NCBI GenBank assembly: GCA_963783305.1
Contig: CAWAMW010000002.1
Coordinates: 32,001 to 96,000 of the forward strand
From: an uncultured Gemmatimonadales bacterium
Lineage (GTDB): Bacteria > Gemmatimonadota > Gemmatimonadetes > Longimicrobiales > RSA9
Length of the DNA: 64,000 nt
Direction: 5' to 3'
In this document: positions 32,694 through 41,784 of the stretch, piece by piece
Layout of the letters: every line of letters starts with the position of its first letter
Position numbering within the stretch: position 1 is the first letter of the stretch
Made by a program: the position numbers and the translations under genes
The notes under the pieces: generated by a model
Databases searched by the model: none
Seen by the model: the letters and a program-made list of their open reading frames with translations, nothing else
Told to the model about the DNA's origin: nothing

Positions 32694-35435
32694 GAAGGGC
32701 GGATCGCGGTACACGGGATACGGATCACGGGGAGTGGACTCATGTTCTTCTCGGACCGCTGACCTCATCGCTCACCCGGCTCCGACGGCTCGGCGGCGCG
32801 CTCTTCCGCCGCGGCCGGCTGGAGGCGGAGATGACGGAGGAGATGCGGCACCACCTGGAGCTCGAGGTGGAGGACCGGATCCGGTCGGGGATGACGCCGG
32901 CGGAGGCGCGGCGGACGGCGCTCCGGGACTTCGGCGGCGTGGAGCGATGGAAGGAGGAGGCGCGGTCGGCGCGGGGTCTGGGCGGTTGGGACGCGGTGCG
33001 GCAGGATCTGCGCTACGCGGTCCGCACCCTCGTCGGATCGCCATCGTTCACGGTGGTGGCGGTGCTCACGCTGGGGCTGGGGATCGGCGCGACGACGGCG
33101 GTGTTCAGCGTCGTCGACGGGCTGCTGCTGGAGCCGCTGGGGTACGGCTCGCCAGACCGGATCGTGCGTCTTCTGGAGTACCGTGAAGGCGAGCAGGACG
33201 GGCTCGGCTTCGGGACGATCTCGCAGGCGAACTACTTCGACTGGATGGCGGAGTCGTCGTCGCTGGAGGTAGGGGCGCTCTACGACGAGTACCGGCCTAC
33301 GCTCCGGCTCGAGGACGGCGCGATGAAGGTCACGGGCGCGTCGGTGGGCGAGGATTACTTCGAGGTACTGGGTCTGCGTCCGCAGCTGGGCCGGTTCTTC
33401 CTGCCGGAGGAGGGCGAGGGCGGGTCGAGCCGGCTGGTGCTGAGTGATGGGCTGTGGCGGGAGGCGTTCGGCGCGGACCCGGGCGTGATCGGCCGGGTGC
33501 TGGACCTGAACGGGTACCCGTACACCGTGGTGGGCGTGGCGCGTCCGTTCGAGGACCCGGGGCTGTCGGGGCTGCACGGGGAGCCGCGGCTCTGGCGGTC
33601 ACCGCCGTCGTACTTCTACACGAACGGTCGGGGCGGCCGGAGCTTCACGGCCATCGCGCGGCTGGCGAACGGCGCGAGGGTGGCGCAGGCGCAGGCGGAG
33701 CTGTCGGCGATCCACGCCCGGCTGGCGGAGGAGTACCCGGAGGCGAACCGGGGGCGGGTCGTGCAGGTGGTCCCGCTGAAGGCGGACATGGTGGGCGGCA
33801 CGGCGTCCGTGCTCTGGATCCTGCTGGGCGCGGTGGGGCTCGTGCTGCTGGTGGCGTGCGCCAACGTGGCCAACCTGCTGCTCTTCAGGGCGGCCGGTCG
33901 CGGCCGGGAGATCGCGCTCCGGTCGGCGCTCGGCGCGTCCCGCGGCCGGATCATCCGCCAGCTGCTGGTGGAGAGCCTGCTGCTGGGACTGGCCGGCGCC
34001 GCGGTGGGCACGGCCGTCGCCTGGGCCGCGACCCGCGGCATCCTCGTCCTGGCCGCCGGTCAGCTCCCGCGTCTCGGCGGTGTGGCGCTCGACCCGGAGG
34101 TGCTGGGCTTCGCGCTGGCGGCGGGGCTCATCGCCACCGTCGTCTCGGGTCTGATCCCGGCGCTCCACACGGCCCGGCCGGACGCGGTCGAGGCGCTGAA
34201 GGAGGGCGGCCGCGGCTCGGCGGGGACGGGATCCCGCCGACAGGGTCGGCTGCGGACGGCGGTGGTGGCGGCGCAAGTGGCGCTGGCCGTCGTCGTCATG
34301 CTCGGCGCCGGGCTCCTGGGGCGGTCGCTGCTCCGGCTCCGGGCCGAGGACCCGGGGCTCGCGGCGGAGGGCGCGCTGGTGCTCCGGATCGACCCGCCAT
34401 CCGACCCGTTCGAGCCCTCCACCGACGAGGGATACGCCGCCACCCGCGTCGCTCCACGACCGGCTCCGCGAGCGGCTGCTCCGCGTCCCCGGCGTCGAGG
34501 CCGTCGGGATCACCGACCTGCTCCCGCTCTCCGGGTCGTTCAACGGCAACTCCTTCCGGATCGTCGGGCGTCCGGAGCCCGGGGTCGGCCAGGTGCCGAG
34601 CGCCGAGACCCGGGCCGTCGACTCCCACTACCTGGCGGCCCTCGGGATCCCCGTCATCCGCGGGCGCGGGATCGAGGCGTCGGACGGGACCGAGGGCGGG
34701 CGGCGGACCGTGGTCGTGAACGAGGAGCTCGCGCGGCAGCAGTTCCCGGACGACGACGCCATCGGCCACCAGCTCCGGGTCTTCGGCCGCGACGCGGAGC
34801 CCGCCGACATCGTGGGCGTGGTGGGCGACGTGAGCCAGTTCAGCCTGGACGAGGCGCCGGTGGCGACGATCTACGTCCCCCATCCCATGGCGCCGGACTG
34901 GATGCAGGATGAGCCGTGGCTGGTCGTTCGGGGCGCGTCGTCGATCCCCGCCGTCCGCGCCGCGATCCACGAGGTCGACGCGTCCATCCCCGTCTACGAC
35001 GCCGCCCCCATGACCGACGTGGTCGGCCGCACGCTGGCCCGCGCACGCTTCCGGACCTGGCTGCTGCTGGCGTTCGCGGGGCTGGCGTTCGTGCTCGCGG
35101 CCATCGGGGTCTACGGGATGGTGGCGTACACCGTGGCCCGGCGGCTCCCAGAGCTTGGCGTGCGGCTGGCGCTCGGGGCGACGGCCGGCCGGATCCGGTC
35201 GCTGGTCATCGGCCAGGGGCTCCGGCCCGTGGCCCTCGGGGTCGCCCTCGGCGTCGCGCTGGGGATCATCGCGATCCGGGTGCTCACCGGGTTCGTCTAC
35301 GGCGTCGGGCTGCTGGACCCGGTCACCTTCGTCGCCGCCCCCGCCCTGCTCCTGGCCACCGCCGGGCTCGCGGCGTGGCTGGCGGCGCGACGGGCGGCGA
35401 GAGTGGAGCCGGGATCCGTGCTGCGGGAGGACTAG
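32690..35435 (+). pseudogene. ADOP-type duplicated ABC permease with one frameshift
   Basis: Permease sequence in frame to about 34447, then continues in the +1 frame (SLHDRLRERLLRVPGVEAVGITDLLPL) to TAG 35435. Pseudogene or sequencing indel. Confidence 0.85.
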
Positions 35436-35465
35436 CCGCCGCCGGCGGCCGGCCGGGAACTTGCC

Positions 35466-35909
35466 GTGGAACCGCTCGAGGAGGTGACCCTGAGCGCTTC
35501 AACCGAATCGGATTCCGCCCGCATCCTCGTCGTCGACGACGATGCCAACGCCCGCACCATCAGCGCGACGTGGCTGACCCACGCCGGCTACGACGTCCGC
35601 GCGGCCCATTCGGCCGAGGGTGCGGTGGAGACCGCGCGCACGCAGCGGCCGCACCTCGTCCTCGTGGACCTGCTCATGCCGGTGGTGAGCGGCTGGAGCC
35701 TCCTGGAGCGACTGCGAGAGGAGCCGAAGACTGGCCACGCGATCCTCGTCGCCCTGACCGTCCTCACCCCCGACGAGGATCGACGCGACCCCGTCCGGCG
35801 CGGCTTCGATGAGTACTGGGTGAAGCCCATCGCGCACGGGGACCTGCTGGACCGCGTGCAGCGGGCCCTCGCCGATTCCGGGGCACCCGCGGCACGCGCC
35901 CGGGAATAG
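35466..35909 (+). CDS. Single-domain response regulator
   Basis: ILVVDDD, LVDLLMPVVSG, ALT, YWVKP. Confidence 0.88.
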   Translation: MEPLEEVTLSASTESDSARILVVDDDANARTISATWLTHAGYDVRAAHSAEGAVETARTQRPHLVLVDLLMPVVSGWSLLERLREEPKTGHAILVALTVLTPDEDRRDPVRRGFDEYWVKPIAHGDLLDRVQRALADSGAPAARARE

Positions 35910-35961
35910 GCTTTTCTATTTAGCTTCTGAGCACGCCGGGCGGCTCGGCTTCGCAGAACGG

Positions 35962-35988
35962 TTCAAATTCAAATTCAAATTTCGAATT
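35962..35988 (-). repeat. AT-rich hexamer motif (right copy of an inverted pair)
   Basis: Reverse complement is AATTCGAAATTTGAATTTGAATTTGAA. Confidence 0.75.
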
Positions 35989-35999
35989 GGGTTTCGTGC

Positions 36000-36800
36000 T
36001 CAGGCGGGGACCAGCGCCACGTACGCACCCACCGGGTCCCGGACCACGGCGTACGCCTGCGCCCCCTCCCTCCGCACCACGACCTCGCCGCCTTCCTCCT
36101 CCACCCGCCGCAGGCTCTCAGCGAGGTCGCCGACAGGGAGGTAGATGAGCCAGACGGGCGGGAGGCCCGCGTTCACACCGCGCGCGTGGCACACGCCCGC
36201 GACGGCGCGGCCGCCCTCGGCCAGCATGGCGTAGTCGGAATAGCGATCGGCGCCATCCTCCATGGCCACGTCGTGTACGGACCAGCCGATGACCTGGCGG
36301 TAGAAGTCGCGGGTCGCGGCGGCGTCCGGGACCGTCAGGTCGAGCCACGCGATCCGGCCGACGGGCTCGGCGGCATCCGGCGAGCCGGTGTCGGGCGCGG
36401 CGGTGTCGGTAGAAGGGATGGCTTCCGTTGGCACCACCGGGACGACCCCGAAGGCGGCGTCGTGGGGGTCGAGCAGGACCGCCCACCGGCACCCGCCCTC
36501 GTCGTCCCGATCGTCCATCGCGACGCGGCCGCCGAGCTCGACGGCCCGTTCCACGCTCATCGCCACGTCGGCGACCTGGATGTGGGGCATCCACTGGAGC
36601 GGGAGGTCGCCGTGCTCGCCGCCCCGCTCGCCCAGGCCGATGATCGGCATGGCCAGGCTGTTCATGAGGTCGCCCGCCCACAACGGGTCCTCACCGGTGC
36701 CGAGGACGCGGGAGTAGAACCGCGCCTCACGCGCGTGGTCGGGCACTGCGATGTCGGCGCTGAAGACGGCACCGACGCCGGGTACGAAGATCTCACTCAT
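36000..36800 (-). CDS. VOC/glyoxalase family protein (two domains)
   Basis: WMPHIQVADVAMSVERAVELGG, AVLLDPHDAAF, IAWLDLTVPDAAATRDFYRQVIGW, WLIYLPVGDL, VVRDPVGAYVAL. Confidence 0.87.
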   Translation of the reverse strand: MSEIFVPGVGAVFSADIAVPDHAREARFYSRVLGTGEDPLWAGDLMNSLAMPIIGLGERGGEHGDLPLQWMPHIQVADVAMSVERAVELGGRVAMDDRDDEGGCRWAVLLDPHDAAFGVVPVVPTEAIPSTDTAAPDTGSPDAAEPVGRIAWLDLTVPDAAATRDFYRQVIGWSVHDVAMEDGADRYSDYAMLAEGGRAVAGVCHARGVNAGLPPVWLIYLPVGDLAESLRRVEEEGGEVVVRREGAQAYAVVRDPVGAYVALVPA

Positions 36801-37227
36801 GGAACCCGCCGCCCTTTCCCTGGATCCGCTCCCGCAGCCGGTCCTCCTGCTCCCGCAGCTCCGGCGTGAGCTCCTCGCCGAAGTCCTCCGCCTCGAAGAA
36901 CGGCCGAATCTCGACCTCCGCACCACCGTCGAACGGCGCCCGCTTCAGCCACTCCACCGCGTGCTCCATGGAATCCACCTTCCACACCCAGTACCCGGCG
37001 ATCAGCTCCTTCGTCTGGGCGAACGGGCCGTCGGTCACCGTGCGATCGTCGCCCGAGAACCGGACGCGCACGCCCTGCGAGCTCGGGTGCAGCCCGTCCC
37101 CGTGCACCATGATGCCGGCGTCCACCAGCTCCTCGTTGTACTTCCCCATCGCCGCCAGCTCCTTCTCGCTCGGCATCACGCCCGCCTCGCTGTCCTCGCT
37201 GGCCTTCACGATCACCATGACTCGCAT
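36793..37227 (-). CDS. YciI/DGPF family protein
   Basis: MRVMVIVKASEDSEAG...TVTDGPFAQTKELIAGYW...AVEWLKRAP..EVEIRP; AGGAGG SD. Confidence 0.93.
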   Translation of the reverse strand: MRVMVIVKASEDSEAGVMPSEKELAAMGKYNEELVDAGIMVHGDGLHPSSQGVRVRFSGDDRTVTDGPFAQTKELIAGYWVWKVDSMEHAVEWLKRAPFDGGAEVEIRPFFEAEDFGEELTPELREQEDRLRERIQGKGGGFHE

Positions 37228-37300
37228 CCACTGCCTCCTCCTGGTTCGAAGCCGGGCCCCGGCCGCTCTCGACCGGCGTTGAACCCCGCTCTCAATGTGT

Positions 37301-37328
37301 GGTCGAACGGCGGCTCGTGAAATCGACC
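37301..37328 (-). promoter_or_regulatory. ECF42-like promoter upstream of the DGPF gene
   Basis: Minus strand GGTCGA-N17-CGAC, resembling the TGTCGA...CG(A/T)C motif described for ECF42 targets, which are DGPF genes. Confidence 0.55.
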
Positions 37329-37342
37329 ACTGGGACCTGCGG

Positions 37343-37978
37343 TCACAGGCAGCCTTCGACGTACTCGATGCTCGGGCCGCCGCCGCGGAGGTGGGCGACT
37401 CTCTCGTCGGAGCCGATCTCGAAGCGGATCCCGCGGGGCGCGGGATCGGCCGGTCCCCGGCTCCAGACGGTGATGTACCTGGCCGGCAGCGCCACGTACT
37501 TGTGGGGGTCCACCCGGGCTCGCGTCCCGTAGGCCGCCAGAACCGCCGCGGCCGAATCACCCACGCGGAGTCCCTCCGGTGTCGAGATGTCCGGGTTGCC
37601 GCTGACGGAGATACGGGTGAGCACGCCGTCCTCGATCATCACGAGCACGCCCTCGGGAGCGTCGCGAGGCCGGAACTCGTCACACGATGCGGGGTCCGGA
37701 CCGCCCACCGCTCCGGGGTTCGCGTCCTCACCGGCCGCGGCCACGACTTCGGCGCGGGTCATTCCGATCCCGAGCGGGCCCCAGCCCTCGGGTGTGAGCA
37801 GCCGCGGCCCCGGCTCGGTGTCCGGGTGCGCCTGCGACACGGCTGGGGCAGTCGCCTCGACCGAATCCGCTCCGGCCGGATCCGACGCGGAGGATGCCGG
37901 GGACCGCTGCGGGCTCTCCCCGCCGCATGACACGAGGGCCACCATCAGTGCGGTAAACATCAGGATACGGATGCTCAT
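37343..37978 (-). CDS. Hypothetical lipoprotein
   Basis: Lipobox VALVSC; LTPEGWGPLGIGMT...TPEGLRVGD...IEYVEGCL; GGAGAG SD. Confidence 0.75.
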   Translation of the reverse strand: MSIRILMFTALMVALVSCGGESPQRSPASSASDPAGADSVEATAPAVSQAHPDTEPGPRLLTPEGWGPLGIGMTRAEVVAAAGEDANPGAVGGPDPASCDEFRPRDAPEGVLVMIEDGVLTRISVSGNPDISTPEGLRVGDSAAAVLAAYGTRARVDPHKYVALPARYITVWSRGPADPAPRGIRFEIGSDERVAHLRGGGPSIEYVEGCL

Positions 37979-38133
37979 GTCTCTCCTGCCTGGCTGGCGG
38001 TCGTGAGGCGATTCGGGGTCAGCCGCCGGGCTGGCGGTGCCGGATCCGAAGCTCCAACGTATGTCTCGCGATCCTGTTGCGCCCCGTCGTTACGGCGCCG
38101 GAACGGGACGACCCCTGGCCCTCGAGGTGCTCC

Positions 38134-38406
38134 ATGTGCCGTAACATCCGCCCCCTCTTCAACTTCAACCCTCCCGCCACCGACGAGGAGATCGGGGCGT
38201 CGGCGCTCCAGTACGTCCGGAAGGTGAGCGGCTCGACCCGGCCGTCACAGGCCAACGCGGCCGCGTTCGAGGAGGCGGCGGAGCGGGTGGCGGCGGCGAC
38301 CCGTGACCTGCTGGGAGCGCTGGTGACCAGCGCGCCCCCGAAGGACCGCGCGGTCGAGGCGGAGAAGGCGCGGGCAAGGGCGACCGCGCGCTACCGGCGG
38401 GACTGA
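38134..38406 (+). CDS. DUF2277 family protein
   Basis: MCRNIRPLFNFNPPATDEEIGASALQYVRKVSG; GAGGT SD. Confidence 0.88.
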   Translation: MCRNIRPLFNFNPPATDEEIGASALQYVRKVSGSTRPSQANAAAFEEAAERVAAATRDLLGALVTSAPPKDRAVEAEKARARATARYRRD

Positions 38407-38454
38407 GCCGCCGGCGAGCAGGACGCCCGCCGGCCCTCGGCACGCCGGATGAGA

Positions 38455-38490
38455 AAAGGCCCGGTGGAGCTGAAGCTACACCGGGCCTTT
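38455..38490. terminator. Bidirectional intrinsic terminator
   Basis: AAAGGCCCGGTG...CACCGGGCCTTT with A/T tails on both sides, between convergent DUF2277 and the SpoIID remnant. Confidence 0.75.
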
Positions 38491-38510
38491 GTTTCGACAC
38501 TCGGTCCGCG

Positions 38511-38611
38511 TCAGCGGGTCACGATCTCGATGCCCTGATAGTAGTGGGCCACGATGTCGCGGTAGCTGCGGCCGCGCTCGGCCATGCCGACGGCGCCCGT
38601 CTGCGACATGC
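38511..38611 (-). pseudogene. Orphan 3' end of a SpoIID/LytB gene
   Basis: MSQTGAVGMAERGRSYRDIVAHYYQGIEIVTR*; 26/32 aa and 80/96 nt identical to the 3' end of the gene at 39890-41527. Confidence 0.9.
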
Positions 38612-38654
38612 GGCAAGGAAGACGGTGCCGGCATTGGGCTCGACTCCGGCATCC

Positions 38655-39158
38655 TCAAGAACCCCCCGCCAGCAGACGCTCGATCTCGCGACGCCGCGTC
38701 TCCAGTCCGCGCACCCGTCCGCGCGCGCCCAGCCACGCCCCGACCGCCAGCGCGAGCATCCCGCCCCCCACCGTCGCCGCGGTGAGCGCCCCGCCCGCCG
38801 GCACCGCCCCGGAGAGGCCCAGGGCGAGAGCCCCCGCCGTGAACAGCCCGCTCATCAGGATTCCCAACGCGGCAGCCGCCACCCGGTGTGTAGCGAGGAG
38901 CACGCGACGCCGTCGCAGCACATACCCGGCGAACACCGCCCACGCAGCACCGCCCAGGAACACTCCAATCAGCGCCAGCCGCGTACGCGTAGGCAGCCCC
39001 GACTCCGTGGCCGCCAGCGCGCCGCTGACGCCCGAGACCACTAGCCCCGCCACCAGCAGCGCCGCATACCGCAGCCGCGACGGCAGCCCCAGCTCCGCGG
39101 CCAGCCGACGCCGGATCTCCTCGGCCGACCGGTCCCCACTTCCATGCACTCCGTTCAT
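38655..39158 (-). CDS. Membrane protein coupled to ECF sigma (putative anti-sigma)
   Basis: ATGA overlap with the sigma gene; four hydrophobic segments. Confidence 0.75.
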   Translation of the reverse strand: MNGVHGSGDRSAEEIRRRLAAELGLPSRLRYAALLVAGLVVSGVSGALAATESGLPTRTRLALIGVFLGGAAWAVFAGYVLRRRRVLLATHRVAAAALGILMSGLFTAGALALGLSGAVPAGGALTAATVGGGMLALAVGAWLGARGRVRGLETRRREIERLLAGGS

Positions 39159-39745
39159 GACGATATTCCTTTCTCTTCGAGTCGGGCGCGGAGCAGACCG
39201 CGCGCGCGGTGGAGCCTCGACTTGACCGTCCCGTGAGGCACCTCCAGCACGGCCGCCACCTCGCGCAATGAGAGCTCCTGCAGGTAGAACAGCTCCATAA
39301 CCTCCCGCTCCAGGACCGGGAGCGCCTCCACCTCGGTCCGGATCTGCTCGGCCGTTCCCGACAGCGGATCCGGCGAGTGGCCCACGAGCGTGTCCACGGG
39401 GATCTCTTCCGCCACATCCGGACCCGCGTACCGCTTGCGCAGCCGGTCCATCACCGCGCCCCGGGCGACCCCGAACAGCCACGACCGCAGCCGTTCCGGA
39501 TGCCGCAGCCCCGGGATCCCGCGCAGGATTCGGAGCCAGACGTCCTGCACCGTCTCCGCGGCTTCCTCGGGGTGGTGGATCCGGCGGTGGACATAGCGCG
39601 ACAGCGCGCCATGCCAGCGCTCGACAAGTGCGTCGAACGCCTCCGGCTCCCCCAGTTGGCAGCGGATGGCCATGAGCTCGTCCGCCAGGACGACTCGCTC
39701 GGCCTCGGTCAGGCGCTCCGGTTCCTTCAGTCTCGGTGTTGGCAT
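39155..39745 (-). CDS. ECF-type RNA polymerase sigma factor
   Basis: Region 2 (AAETVQDVWLRI..LRSWLFGVAR..VMDRLR) and region 4 (LPVLEREVMEL..LSLREVA..GTVKSRLHRAR). Confidence 0.93.
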   Translation of the reverse strand: MPTPRLKEPERLTEAERVVLADELMAIRCQLGEPEAFDALVERWHGALSRYVHRRIHHPEEAAETVQDVWLRILRGIPGLRHPERLRSWLFGVARGAVMDRLRKRYAGPDVAEEIPVDTLVGHSPDPLSGTAEQIRTEVEALPVLEREVMELFYLQELSLREVAAVLEVPHGTVKSRLHRARGLLRARLEEKGISS

Positions 39746-39754
39746 CAATGAGGT

Positions 39755-39781
39755 AGTCGTACGAAGCCACCGAATGGTTCA
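39755..39781 (-). promoter_or_regulatory. Putative autoregulated ECF promoter (near-leaderless)
   Basis: TGAACC-N16-CGACT ending 9 nt before ATG 39745; no SD. Confidence 0.5.
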
Positions 39782-39812
39782 CGCGGGTCGCTCACTGAGG
39801 CGCCACGCACGG

Positions 39813-39847
39813 AGAGGGGGCGCGTCCTCCGTGGACGCGCCCCCTCT
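39813..39847. terminator. Hairpin downstream of SpoIID gene
   Basis: AGAGGGGGCGCGTCC-tccgt-GGACGCGCCCCCTCT, 15-bp stem. Confidence 0.6.
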
Positions 39848-39889
39848 GCATGGCGGCAGCTGCGCACCACCGCTTACCGTCGATCCGGG

Positions 39890-41527
39890 TCAGTCGCGGG
39901 TCTCGATCTCGATTCCGCGGTAGTAGTGCTGCAGGATGTCCTGGTAGCTGCGGCCCCGCTTGGCCATGCCTACGGCGCCAGTCTGGGACATGCCGACGCC
40001 GTGGCCCCAGCCCCCGCCGTACGCCTTCCAGCCCGTGACATCCTTGGTCCTGGAGTCGACGACGGGCTCGATGAAGAAGAGCGTGCTTCGCAGCGATGCG
40101 TGCGCTCCATTCGCGTCGAGGTAGCGCAGCGTCCAGCGGATCGCGTCCTTCTCCGCGGAGAAAGTGCCGGCGTCGGTGTCGAACTCGATCCGCCGCACGC
40201 GGCCCTGGTCGGCGCGGTCCTCGACGCGGACGCCCGTGACCTCAGTGATCGGCTCGCCGAGCGACGCGGCCAGCACCTCGGCCATCTCCTCGGCGGTCCA
40301 GTCCACGGTCCACCGGTGGTAGCGCGACCAGTCGGACTCGAAGTCGCCCTCGGCGTGCGCCCGGAGGTTGGTCGGATTGGAGTGTCGCATGAAGACCTGC
40401 ACGCTCGGAACATGCTCGAGCGCCGCTCCGCGCTCCGCGTCCGGCACGCCCCGCAGATAGGGCACGGTGGCGGTATAGACGTCCTCGCTGTTGGCCGTCC
40501 AGCCACCGCTCGTGGAATGGTACAGGGTGGTGATCAGCGAGCCGTCGTGCACAGCGACCTCGCCGGCCGTGGCGTTTACCGCGGCAGTCGAGACCGGGTG
40601 CTCGCTGTCGTACCCGCCGTAGACCTGGTCACTCGTCGTCGGCAGCAGGTCGTAACCATCGGCGCTGCGCTTGCCCATGTTCGCCAGCGCGTACGTCCGC
40701 GCGGTCACGGCCTGCGCCTTCTGCGCCTCCGGCAGGCCGTACGGCACGGGGGGAAGCTCCCGCGGCACCACGCCATAGAGGTACTCCTCGAGAGGAAGCT
40801 CGTTGATCCCCGCCAGCGTGCCGCCGCTGTTGGTCCACACCTCCGCAAGGCCGCGGTAGGTGCTGCCGTTAATGGTCACAAGGCCATTGCTGGACCACAG
40901 GACGACCGGCGACTCGAGCACCTCCGTCGTGCCCTGGTGCGTGACCTCGATCTCCGTGTTCCCCACGATCGTGATCACCTTGTAGAAGGCGTCGGAGGCG
41001 GCCAGCCCGTCGGCAATCGCCTGGTTCTTGAACGCAACGCGCGCGGACCAGCCCTGGTCCTCGGTTCCGAGCAGGAGACGCCAGCAGGGGACGGAGGGGA
41101 CGAACTCCGTCCGGGTTTCGTAGCCGAGGTCCCCGGCCCGCGTCAGCCAGTCATCGCGGGCCGCCTCGCCCGCGCACGAAGTCTGGAGCCAGTAGCGGCT
41201 ATCGACACCGCCCTCGGAGAGCAGCCGCACCGTGGCCGCGCCGTTCGAGCCGGTGAAGAGGGTCGCGCCGCTCGCCTTGTCCGTGATGGTGTAGGCGCCG
41301 GTCGCGCCGATGGAGATCTCGGTCGCCGACGGGACCACGCCGATCCGGACATAGCCGTCGGGCGTGGACTGGAGCGACGCGTTCTCGCTCGCCCAGGGCG
41401 CGTCCGCGCTCAGCGGTCCGCGGTCATCGACGGCGGGGCCGGTCGGAGAATCCGAGCAGGCGGCCGCCAGGAGGGGCAGGAGAAGAAGGGACGCAGTTCG
41501 ATGACGGAGTCTGGGGAGGATCGCCAT
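39890..41527 (-). CDS. SpoIID/LytB domain lipoprotein (lytic transglycosylase-like)
   Basis: Lipobox LAAAC; INELPLEEYLYGVVPRE, KAQAVTARTYA, TSDQVYGG, YHSTSGG, PYLRGVPD, GGGWGHGVGMSQTGA. Confidence 0.93.
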   Translation of the reverse strand: MAILPRLRHRTASLLLLPLLAAACSDSPTGPAVDDRGPLSADAPWASENASLQSTPDGYVRIGVVPSATEISIGATGAYTITDKASGATLFTGSNGAATVRLLSEGGVDSRYWLQTSCAGEAARDDWLTRAGDLGYETRTEFVPSVPCWRLLLGTEDQGWSARVAFKNQAIADGLAASDAFYKVITIVGNTEIEVTHQGTTEVLESPVVLWSSNGLVTINGSTYRGLAEVWTNSGGTLAGINELPLEEYLYGVVPRELPPVPYGLPEAQKAQAVTARTYALANMGKRSADGYDLLPTTSDQVYGGYDSEHPVSTAAVNATAGEVAVHDGSLITTLYHSTSGGWTANSEDVYTATVPYLRGVPDAERGAALEHVPSVQVFMRHSNPTNLRAHAEGDFESDWSRYHRWTVDWTAEEMAEVLAASLGEPITEVTGVRVEDRADQGRVRRIEFDTDAGTFSAEKDAIRWTLRYLDANGAHASLRSTLFFIEPVVDSRTKDVTGWKAYGGGWGHGVGMSQTGAVGMAKRGRSYQDILQHYYRGIEIETRD

Positions 41528-41784
41528 GGGTCTCTCGGTGTTGGGGGGTCAAGTCTTGGGGGCCGGGGAGAACCTCCAAAATGAAGTCTATATCCCGATA
41601 GATCAAGGACAACGTCCCCCCGGATAGGGCGACCATCGCCATGATTCCGCCAGGCCTCGAGGAGGGCAAGAATTCCGGAGGCCCGAACGGCCATGCAACC
41701 CGCCGCGCCTCACCGAGCGTCTGATACCGTCACAGGCGTCATCGCAACCGTGTGGGCGCTCCGGCAACGAGCGAGTGGGATGGA

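Noticed and set aside
38511..39993. DGR template/variable repeat pair (tempting given the Avd-like gene in the window)
   Set aside because: Mismatches are not confined to adenines, half the differing codons are synonymous, and no reverse transcriptase is present.
41587..41602. TCTAT-N6-ATAGA palindrome between divergent SpoIID and permease genes
   Set aside because: Single short instance with no adjacent regulator; could be chance.
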